A DNA stretch of 64,000 nt, taken from contig CM102286.1 of assembly GCA_046563655.1 (NCBI GenBank), forward strand, positions 6,138,001 to 6,202,000. The letters run 5' to 3'. A model generated the notes under the pieces. It saw nothing but the letters and a program-made list of their open reading frames with translations, was not told where the DNA came from and made no database searches. This DNA comes from Yuukianura sp. NJ FZ-2021 (lineage: Eukaryota). Positions 28,501-39,800 of the stretch are shown one piece after another. Every line of letters starts with the position of its first letter. The first letter of the stretch is position 1. A program made the position numbers and the translations under genes.

Positions 28501-29212
28501 CATCGAAATCAGAAAAGATGAAATGAAACAGGAAAAGAACTTTTGACGAGAGTGGGATCGGCATCTCGTACAAAAGAAAAGAATTCAATAGCCCAAGCGG
28601 AAACAGGGAAAACATTATTTTTAGTCAAAGGCAAAAGAACAATGGAATCGAAGGTCTCTGAACCTCAATTGCCACGCGACCTAATCGGTCTAATTCAGCA
28701 TTTCCAAAAAAGCTTTCCGAAAAAAAGCTACTACTGGAAGATTCAAAGAGGAAAACAGTCATAATTTCAAATCAGAGGGAACCAGTGCCGCTGATTTTTA
28801 TTCTGCATGACTTGATTTCTGAGAGTTTCTCTTCTTTTTTTCGAAAAATGATTTGAGGGTTGCCCTGTTTCGAATGCTGTCGTTGAGAACGATAACAATA
28901 AAAAATGAAATATTATCCCGGAACATAAACTTGGAAGAAAGTGGAAATCACATAACCAATACACAGCAGCGGTTGCAGGGCCGGCGCACGTCGTCGTTGC
29001 AAATCACTTCATCTGGAAGTAATTGACGACCGATATTCAATAATGAATAGGGAATAAATCTTCGGACTAGTCCAATTTCCTAGTCCATTTCCAAAATTTA
29101 CTAAAATCGATTAAGCTGTACCAGTCTATGCATTGTGATTAATATAGTAAATGCATATAGTATCTTATAAGGATTGACCCTAACTCGTTTCTGAAATGCT
29201 AAAAGCAAAATG

Positions 29213-29430
29213 AAAACCACTTTTGACAATTATGAAAACCCTGGACGAAGACATAAAGCTCTCAGCAGTGGCTCTTTGGTGGGACATAATTCGACAAAGT
29301 CCGTGTCCAAAATACTTTTTGTTATTTGTTTGACCGTGGACATCAGCAACACAGGGAAGACTCAATTCATGAAAGCCGCCGAAACCGCCCGTTGTTTGGA
29401 CTCTCGGTTGTCATTCATGGAGCAACGGAG
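29213..29430 (+). mobile_element. Decayed hAT transposase C-terminal dimerisation-domain fragment
   Basis: Across two frames: TFDNYENP ... VALWW-x6-P ... PWTSATQGRL / F-MKAA-x7-SRLS. This parallels the hAT consensus ELD.YL..P ... L.WW......P ... PATSA.SER.FS.AG.......SRLS. Contains a stop and frameshifts. Matched by eye only. Confidence 0.35.
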
Positions 29431-30840
29431 CGGGAAGGTTTGAATCTCAAATCTCCACTGGAAATGAATGGAAATGAATGATTAATGCACCACATCCGAA
29501 AGCCAAAGTAGACAATTGGGATTTTGGGAAATGCTTCACTTTCCCAAAACCAAACCCTACGGACAAAATCTTCCATCATCCATTTATATCCTGAGTATAT
29601 TCATGCACTTCAAATCAAGTTGACAAACGGCGGGAGTTTTCTTTATCAAATTATAAGTACACAACCCCTTCTCCAACATTAACAAACGTTTCCAAAATTC
29701 AAAGCAGTTTTCATGTTTTGTTGTCATTGCTATTTTGATTTTGGGACCAAAAGCTTATCAACTACAACCAGACTTTAGCTTTTTGAAACATGGAGGTACG
29801 CATCTTGAGTCATAATTCCATTTTGGAAATTTCTTAATTTTAAAATATTGGCTCATCGTGTCTACTATGACTCGATTCCAAGAAAATTGAAGTTTTTGGC
29901 CTCACCACTTTGAAATTCTTTAACTTTTCTTTGAAATCAGCGCAAAAATGACCTAATACTGAGGGTTTTGGCGTCTTTGACGGCAATCAGTTCCTTGAAC
30001 ACCCACGGTACTTTGTTTCTTCTGCTAATGTTGTACTTTTTTTTGAAAAAAAAAATTTGGAACCCTGTCATCATGCTGTTTGACCTAATGAATTTATGGT
30101 CCACTCCAGAAGAACAGTACAACAGAACCAAAATGCCCACTGACCTTTTGTGCATAATTTTGTCATTTAAGTTCAAAACGCAAAAGAGTCTTCCTAAATA
30201 CTATGAAAAAACCAGTTTGCCTCGAATTAAAAATTGTTTATCCGCTAGGGAGAAATTTAGACACAGGAAAACTTAATTTTTGTGCAAACGACTATGCCTG
30301 TGTCTTAACCTTTTCAGCCTTCTCACACTTTAGGGTGTTTTTAAAGCGATAACTTTAATTTGCACACCTTTTCTTATGCAAAAAATGGCCTCAATTTTTT
30401 GCAGCTCCAGATGCTTTACCAGGACTTCGCCCTCTTCCCGAAAACCTATAATCCACCAAGATCATTTTTCTTGCTTATCCTCCGCTTCATGAAGTTTGAA
30501 GCTGAAAAGCATACGGCTAGCAAAAAAATGGCTCCAGGGTGTTCAAAGAGCTGCGGCAAAAAGTTTAAATATTTGCACAGTCCATTAAGAAAAAAGTGTC
30601 GGTAGGATTACCAGGTAGGATTTGACTTTTTAATATCATCTCGCACCCTGTCGCTTTTTCTTCTTGTTCAATGCGATTAAAAGTGAAGCTTGTATATATT
30701 TCATAAAATGCAAACATTAGCTCCAAAAAAGTTAGGAAACTGTTGAGCTAATGTCAAAAGATAAGTGGCATCTGTCGTTTTCAAAAAAGTTAAGTGCATC
30801 TTGTGTATGGATGCATATGAGATCAATTAGGCAAAAATCG

Positions 30841-30857
30841 AAAGGTCAGTGACCTTT
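30841..30857. promoter_or_regulatory. Perfect IR1 nuclear-receptor element (EcR/USP-type ecdysone response element)
   Basis: AAAGGTCA-G-TGACCTTT contains AGGTCA-n-TGACCT with no mismatch. Function is inferred, not shown. Confidence 0.45.
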
Positions 30858-33800
30858 GAAGGTAAGATTTCCAGCGCCATAACAAATCAAACATAACATG
30901 CAAGATCAAACGTGTAGGTCTGACGTATAAACCAAAACCTACGTAAAGTGACAAGCTGAATTTTGAAAATTTTTAAGTTAAGGTATATGCCTCATGCACC
31001 TTGTACATTTTGAAATGAAGATGCAAGATTTACGTCGTTTTGCTTTAGGATGAATCCACAGAGCACGCCTCCATTGTTTCCCAACTCCATTTTTAGAAGA
31101 TGACTTTAATTAATTAGCTTCTAGCGTATCATCATCCTTCTTCTCTAAAGAAAACGTAGGTTGACAGCATACCACTGATTACTAGGTTTCTAAAACTCCA
31201 AATTACAGCTTTCCTCCAAGCCACAACGTTTCAATGCCTTGATTTATTGACACTTCAGGAAAAACGATTTCAAAATTTCATTTTTTTTTATCAAAAGTGG
31301 TCCGAACCTAAAATTATAAGTTTTGGACAATAGAAAACTAACTTACCAAAAATACTGTTGAGATGAATGGAGTCCTTACTGTTCCAAATTTTCATAGTTT
31401 TTCAAACCCACAGTTTTTGAGTAGTTCGTAGGAAACTTAATTGGAAAGTGGACAATAAATCTTGAATGTTTTACGTTTTATCGTAAATCACTTTTTTGAA
31501 TTAAGCGGTCAATGTAACATTTGAGCCTCGCCGTCAAAACTTAACTCCAAAACACTCGATTTTACAGTTTCGAAAACTGGCTTTCACTTTCACACTCAAA
31601 AACAAAAGGTTTCAAAGTTTTATTATTAAAATTGAAATTCACTGAAACAATAAAGTTTTCTGCACAAAACAAACACAGTTGTCAACACTTTAATTGAGTC
31701 TGCACGAATAACTTGTTGGTAAAGTTTTAACAAGATTTTGCAAATTACTGTTGTCACGAGCAGGTTTTTCGCAATGTTGTTGTTGTTTTTGATGCGGTAA
31801 GCTTCAACGCCAAAAGCAAATCCTGAATGATACAACCTCCTTCCTCGACGGTCTCTGATCAACTGAAGGGCTTCCGAGAATTCCAAGCTACAAAACATAG
31901 GGGATCCCAAGCTAGGGTGAATTTTAGCGTATCTCTTGCACAGAATTCGAAGAAGGGCGCGCTGGTTCTACGGAGAGATGAGGTTCAGTTTCTGAATGGC
32001 GAAAAGGTTTTAGGTTTAGACGGAAACGGCATAGCTTAGAGCCGGGATAACTTGTATCCCTGGTGGGATTGAAACGATTCAGAAAGCGCGGGTGAGGCAG
32101 TGGAATGGAGGCAAGTTTCTATTATTCAGTGCTCCACTGTTTTGTAGCAGCGTTTCGTTTCTCCGGGAAATGCTTCGCTTGAGATCCAAAAAGTCAAGGG
32201 AGTTTCCTGGTTTTCAACCACGGATGAATGAAGAAAGTTGGGGGTTTGAGAAGACACAAGGGCAAGAGCGTTTTTCTGGATTGAATGCCAGCCAGGGTTT
32301 TGGAAATGGTGCCAATGGCAATGCACCGTGACAACGATGATCAGACACACAGCACGACTTGCAGCCCGCTGCTGGCTGCACGAAAAGTGACGGGAAAGAA
32401 GGGTGGCACGGAATTCATTGATCAATCAAATCTAACCTCCGCTCCAAGCTGTCTGGGCCTGACGGACGTATTAATTTACACCGAAAACCGAAATTCCCAC
32501 CAGCCACCCTCTCCCCGCAGCCTGTTTAGCACTCAATTTCAACTTCGTTTCGAGTGCTGACCTTTGATCTGAGTTTCCTTTTTTACAGAAAGTAATTTTT
32601 TACAACTAACAAATTTCTAAAAGTAGAAAAGAACTAAAGACTCATATGAAACTCGAAATGCTTGGGGAAAAAACGTTCGAAACGGAAATCTTGCATGTTT
32701 TACAAGCTCACATGGCTTTTCTCTCCAATGAATTTTAATTCAACTACTATAAATGCTACAAAAGTAAACTCGGCTTCTATTTTTTAAAAATTTCAAATCT
32801 AAAGCAATGCAAAAATGAATGTGCGCTAAGATCTCCCGATAACAATTTGTTCAAATTCTATGAAAAAATTACTCATTTTGGTAAATATTTTTGAGCGTGC
32901 GGCTGCAAAAACCAAAAGTTAATATTTCAAAAACTGAATTTATGAAGTATGATTGCCAAGTCTGAGTAATTGAATAATGATCAACTTCTCACGGCCAATT
33001 TGCCATTACACTCAAGTTCAAAGGTCAGAGACGTGAGTCAAAGTCTTTCTAAGTCTTTCTTTGCAATTTATGTTTCATATGCTCATGTTTTCGAACACCT
33101 TTAATTTGACAAACGCCCAAAAAATTTCCTCGAGTTGCAACTTTCGTAACAGTTAGTCATTATACAAAATTTATAAGCAACGATTAGAAACTTGGCACGG
33201 AAAAGAAATAAAAGAAAACAAGAGAAAGACGAATTCCTTGAAGCTTTAGTTTTAAATTTTAAATTGTAAATAACAAATGTACAGGCGTTGGCTCACTAGT
33301 GCCCAGCTATGCACTGAACGGTTTCATCTTCCAGGAGGTAACTTTGAAAAAAAAAATCAAAAAATGTGAACATTCTTGGCAACATTTGTTTGAAATTGTG
33401 AGCTGGAGAAAGACAAAACGTGCCCTCTTGCCTCAAAATGTCCCCACACAGTGTTTCATTTCCTTTATTCCGCCTACATACTTTCGGATAATCGCTTCCC
33501 TTCCAGTCCATCCGAATCCGTAAGAATGAAACATGCTGTGTATGATGCTTGCTTAAGTGCATCCATCCACTTCGGACTTAAAAGACACTAGGCTACTGTA
33601 GGAAACCATTTTAACATGTCTTTTGTGAATGTCAAACCCTTCCAGAAAACTATGTTTGTGCACATTTTATTTCTGGAATCCGAAACTCCGAGTTCGCGCA
33701 CTATTTGGGTAAGGGCCTTCCAACAACGCTGGTTTACGCTATCTTGTGTTTGCTTATCCATATCTTGGTTGCGTATCAGGTTAAGGAAATATTATGAAAA

Positions 33801-36800
33801 AAGGACTTTTTTACGGCCCTGCTTCCTTCTGGAACTTCCTGGATATTTTTATGGCAGATGAGAAAGGAAGGTGAAAGTAAACGGAAAAAAGCCAAGGTTC
33901 CTATCTTTCCTTATCATAAAGTCGCATTAAAAACGTGGAAGAGAAAATTGTCAAAATATTGGATTTTGTCGTAAAAGAAAACGTAAACTTGCGTATACCC
34001 TATGTCCTGAAAATCTGATAAAAGTTTAATAGAAAAAAACAAGGCAAAGTTCCAAGAAAAATTGCACCAGGCTATATGAATCATATCGCAGTTTGCAACG
34101 TTTGTCTAACTTTTTCTGATAAAAGAAGCAATTAGAAAGAAATTAAAGAAAAGTTTCTCTTAAATTAGAGACTTTTTTCAAGGAAAAACTATGAATAAGA
34201 GAGAAAACTTTTCGGTTTATAAGGTTTTTCTCTGCGTTTCGACATTAGTGTATAGAAAGGAGCTTTATAGTTTTGGACCACAGGGTACAGGAACGTGTCC
34301 TCTCTCGAACGTGACATGAGTTGCAGCATAAAAATCTGAAAAGAAATTGGAAGAGATTAGAATTAGATTGAAAGGAAATGAAGGATAGGATATAGGAATG
34401 GATTGAATTTTTTTACTACTTTGGAACTTGGAGAAAGCAGAGAAAGTTTCTTTTTGTCGATTCTTAGGAGAAATCTAGTGCAGCGAAGCAGTTGGACTCC
34501 TACTGGCTTTGGCTGTTCTAGAAAATAGAAAGTAGACATGATCGAATTAAGATTGTATTTGAACATGGAGAAAGTCTTGGACAGTTCGCCCTTCAACGTA
34601 GTACTACCCTAGGTTTCGGTTTTACTCAAATTGAATAAAACCTACTCAACTGGAAAACTATTTTGGAAGAAAACGTCTTTCCGATTATCCTCCATTTTGA
34701 AACCTACCTTCTAGGATATGCAGTTCTAAGGATGTAAAAAAAAATAGTGGCGGTGAATTTGAAATTTGAGGATTCAATGCCTCGACGAAAGAACGATGAG
34801 TAGCATCCTTCAACATGATAGTCTCGTCAATTCTGAAAAGTTCGAGTGGTGTTCCGTGTTAAAGGATACGAGCTCCAAACCTTTTGTTTTGTACATCATC
34901 TTCAAAAAATTTAAAACAAAAGTTGCGTTTCTTTTTCAAAAAGTTTCTATTTACGATAAAAAAAAATTCTCTAGTGTAAGTAGAATTTTTGAAAAGCCTA
35001 CCCTCGAAAACTTCGTTTAGACTTATTTTCACCCCTCTGCTTTTAGTTTCGGTTTTAGTTCACCAATTTTTCAAAATCTCATCATGCACATGACATGACA
35101 CCCTGAAACAGTTGCACTGAAAATTTTACTTGTGCTCCAGGGCAGCACATACAGCATTAGACCAGAAGATTAAATTTCAAACAGATCGTGTGCTGTTCTG
35201 ACGCCATTTCTTCGTATTTTTTCTTTTTAAAATTTCAAAATCATTGGAAAGGAAGAATCCAAGGCTCTCAAGATAAATATACAAGTGAAAACGGCATGGA
35301 CGAAATGGAAATGGACAAAGAGCACACTCTCCTCAGGGGCATGGATGGGCACCATTCGAACTTTAACCTCCAGCACTAAAAAGGGTGGTAAATTTTGAAC
35401 ATTTGAGGGCGATGAAGAGCGTTTATTTTAACAGTGTCAAAGTCAGGGGGTGAAAAGCTGTGTAAGCCCTTAAGGCCTCCCTCTGTCTGAAGCTGGATGG
35501 AATGGGGTCTGCCTTATGTAATGCCAGAAAATGATTTACTCTATGGACAGATGTCAAGGGACAAGGGAGCAGCCCTTCCATGTTCAACTCCACTTCTCTG
35601 TGACAAAATTCTGTTTATGAGTCTTCGTTCTATTGAGTTTGAGGGGTAGGACAAGGGAGAGGACCCTGTAAGGGCTCTTTTTAGTTCTAACTAAAAGTCC
35701 CGGGTTCTCTATGACTTGGACAAAAGGTTAGAAGATTCATTCCAGTTGCCCAAAAAATAACATACTTCGAAGCTAAGCTCACAGGAACTCACGACAAAGA
35801 GTAAACAAAGGCCAGACGAAGTTAAACAGTGGGACTTCAAATCGGAAAAGTAACTCAAAACAATTTTTCCTATGCCATAGTTTTTTGAAATCACCGCGTA
35901 TGACACAAATACCTTACCGTTGTTCTCACGATGGCGTCAATTACAAATAAGTTTACTTTGCTAAAACATTTAGCGACACAGAATACCGAGGGGTCATGTA
36001 GCTATCTGCAGAAATTTTAACTCTGAAAGACTCTCTCTAAAAAACATTACAAAAAATGGAAATCGAAAAAGAAAATGGTTAGGTTTTAATTAATTTAATT
36101 AACCTAATTAATTTTTTAATCTTGCTCCATCTTTTTCTGCGATACTAAAAACTACCTTATATGGACTGAATTTATGTATTCGCTTCAAAGGTGCGCAAAA
36201 ATAATGTGCACTTGAAGACTGAAACGGCTTTTTATTACAACTTACATCTGAAAAATTTAAATTTCAGAACTTTCCAATATTAAAATTTGAAAAGTTGGGA
36301 TTGCAAAGCGGTTTGCAGTTTTGAAATGTAAAGCAAGGAGTTATTGCCAAATAATCATGCGATGCAATAAGCTGCTTGTCCAAATTTACTGCTACAGTTA
36401 CCAACTTTTATTTATTGGTGGAACGCCATTTCATTTCGTGCTTCAATTGTTCATGGCCATAAACATTCTGATCTTTCGTTTGAAGACTTTTGAAAACAAG
36501 CTTTCTTTACACTCTTCTGTTAGTCTATGGATTTGAAATGGACCAGAGGATTTGAATTTTGGAGCGCTTTTGTGTTTAGTTTGTGTGGAGTTGTTGGACC
36601 ACCTAATAAGTAGTGTTGTCCTTACAGACGAAACTTAAGACGCTTTCGTACGTTCTTGCTCCCCATTCTTCACTTAAATGTTCCTATTTAGCTTGGGATA
36701 ATTTATTAGTTTCATGGGTAAGTAGCCAGGAGGAGAAAATTTTCCTATTATTTCAAAGGGCTGAATGTTTTTGAAAAAAAAAAAGCGCGCCAGAAAACGT

Positions 36801-39800
36801 TCTGCTCAAAAGCTAACACGCTAAATCAAAATTTCCGTGGTCCTGGAGCACAAATTTTTTAAACGGTCTGGAAACAAGAACATTACTGGAGTTTTGGACT
36901 TTAAGTGCATTTCGAAGTACATTTTGACACTCCCGAAAAACGAATTATGATGTTACGGTTTTTCAAAAAACGCAAAAATTTTTGAACAAAAAACTTTTAC
37001 TACTCGTAGCCGCTGAAGGCGTTTTGAACAGTTCGGTAACAGTATGGGCAGTCCGTCGTTACTGAAAAACGGTGCGTGCGTGCAATAGAGAACTTTGGGA
37101 CGGATGATTTAATTTCTTGTACAATTAGTTACAAGGAGTTTCTGCGGTTACAGAAGCATAACCACTGAAAGAGGATCCTTGTATGGTCGTAATTATATGA
37201 AAAATGAAAGTTATTGCACAACTACTATTGCCAAAAAAATGAAAGAAAAAACGAGTTTCAAAAGAATGAGCAATTTCTCAATTTCAGTTTGGAACGAAAA
37301 CGTGAGTCGAAAAAGTTTATGATTGGCTGTGTAGCACAAGACCGTAAAAGTAATTTAAAACCCAGGAAGGTTTTTTGGAAGAACTTATAGGAAAGGAAAA
37401 AGCGGCACAGTTTGAACTCCATGACTTGATCTTTCCTATTTTTTAAATTCATAAAAGCCATAAATTTTGAAAAGCGAAGAGGTCAAGGTTCGGTAACAAT
37501 TTTCGCCGCTATTTTATCTTTTGCTCTGTTTTTCGCAGAGGGAAAAAACACAGCAGTAGTTTCTCACGCTTTCCTTGCAAATACGGAGAGCAGAATTTTT
37601 TTCTGTTGTGACAGTCAAATATAAAAACGAAACTTGCCGTAATGAACTTCATTGCGGCAAATACATATTTTTTGTACAATCGAAACGCTTTGTGTCTTTG
37701 TGATTCCAATAATACGACTATTTGTCATTTCAAAATATTAACTTGTGTGTCTTTCTTACCATGTCAATTTATAATAATTTTTGAAGCGGTTTACAGTACT
37801 CAAAATTGCTCCAATTTTTTATAACTTAATAAACTGCAATCATTGGCACGTCAGGGCACCTAAAACACGAAATTTTAACTTCAGTTTTTCTAAACACGTT
37901 TCTTTTTTTTTGTCAAATCATTGTGACAGACATGTATGTGATTCAAATTAACTCAGCTTAAAGAATATAAAACTCTAAAAAAAATCAGAGAAGAAATTAG
38001 CGAAAGTAAATGCAAAATGTTGAGCTTGTTTTCTTTTTTGGCAGAGATGCACTTTGAATCGGCAACAAACGCGGTAATTTTAGAAATTCGAGCCCCGATT
38101 CGTTTTCGGTTTTACTTCAAAATCCGCTTCATTTCTTTCACCACCACTAAACCACTACCAGTATAATCGATGTTCGTTTGGGTTTTTGGGTGGGTTTAGC
38201 TAGATTTATTGCCCAATTTTTTCATCTTTTCCAGTGCTGAAAATGATGAGCGACTATTTTGTTTGAGGGTGCTTTAGATAAGACCTAGAACAGCCCATAA
38301 ACACTGCCAAGTCCCAGTCTCCCTGATTCCAGTTTCTGGTTTAAGGACTACTTTGTAGATGATGAGTGTGTGAGCCAGATGCGGAGTACTTCCAGCATCT
38401 TCATTCATGAGAGGGATCAAGCAGAGGCCTTGCAGGGACCGCTAAGCTCCAAACGCTTTATTCTGGATAAGCTCACCAGAAAAGTGAAGTTCAGGGAAAA
38501 CAGGAGCCCTGGAAGGGCCATGTGAACAAATATTTCTCGGACTCTTGTCACTTGGTAAAAGTTTAAGTTCGCTTGAGGAAGCAGCAAAGAATTAGTCGGA
38601 AGAGTACCCTGCTGACAGCCTAGGATTCCTAAAGTGACGGATAAAGAAAGCTCTTTACCGTGTTTGGACTTGGCTAAGGAGGATATAAGTAGGACTGCAG
38701 AAAATGGATGACGGGATGCCAGGGAACGACAGGAACGCTGTCATCTGCCGAAGCCTTGTCCATGTCCAGTCTTCTGAATCCTGTCAACTCCACAAGCAGG
38801 GTTTAATTCATCTTAAACAGCCAACCGCTGGAACCTAAAACTTAAACTTATCTTCAGCAAACTCTCAATAAAAATTTCTAAAGCTGAACAAATGTCATCT
38901 GCCTCGTGCTACAGTTTTAACCTTCCGCAATATAAAATTCTATATTACCTACAAGCGATTGCATTTGAATCTGAACTTACAACTTTTTATAATGCGTTTT
39001 CATAATTAAAAACTGGGTATTTTAAATTTCACTTTTGATGCAGAGCGTCTTGTGTCGCATCTTCTGGGATTCGTTCACGAATGTGCGTCGGTAAAAGTCA
39101 CAGAACATGAGCATTCAAAAACAAAAAAAACTTTTTTTTCTAAAATGCTGACAAGGATTTAAGCAATTTGTCCAAAGTAATTCAAAGGTTTGGTCCTCAA
39201 GAGTCAATTAGTAAGAAGGACTCTTCTAAATGTTGTTCCAGCGTGTTTGGAGGCAATCGCCATTTGGGAGGGAAACTCCGTTGGAAACTGGCGTATCAAG
39301 TAACAGCTGTAGCAAGACTCGACACATTGGATTCATCGTCAAGCCTAGGAACATGCAAGCCATTTCCGCTGAAGATGAAATGCATCTCCGTGAAATGCAT
39401 CTCGAATGGACCCGGGACCAGTGAAAAGGCGAAAGCACATGCAAAGGACTTCTCCAAAGTGTAACCTGAGTAAGACATTCCAAAGGGAGGCATGTTTTCA
39501 ACATCCAGTTCCTTAAGAGTGATTAAGTCTTGTTTTCAAGGGCTCACTTAATTTTGTAAGTGGACTGTCCTTAAAGTCTAACCTCTTGTCATTCAACTAG
39601 TGAGGGCTGCTGTTTTAACATTTCAATTCTAGCATGAGACCTTTGAAGCGAAAAAAAAATTAAATTCCAGAGCATCAAAAAACCTTCTCGAGGGAAGGTT
39701 TTGATTGCCAAATTTTTTAACGTTAAATTATTAATGCAACTTAACTTTTTTTCGAGGTAAAAAATCTTTATTGAAACGTTGCATGTTTGACAGTTTACGC

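Noticed and set aside
35131..35172. U6 snRNA-like 5' fragment (GTGCTC..GGCAGCACATA..AGAAGATTA)
   Set aside because: The ACAGAGA box is incomplete, spacing is ~10 nt short and the whole 3' half is missing. At most a degenerate fragment.
38340..38560. DIRS/Ngaro reverse-transcriptase-like words (FVDD, EGP...FLG)
   Set aside because: The words are in different frames, the spacing is wrong and there are no further RT motifs.
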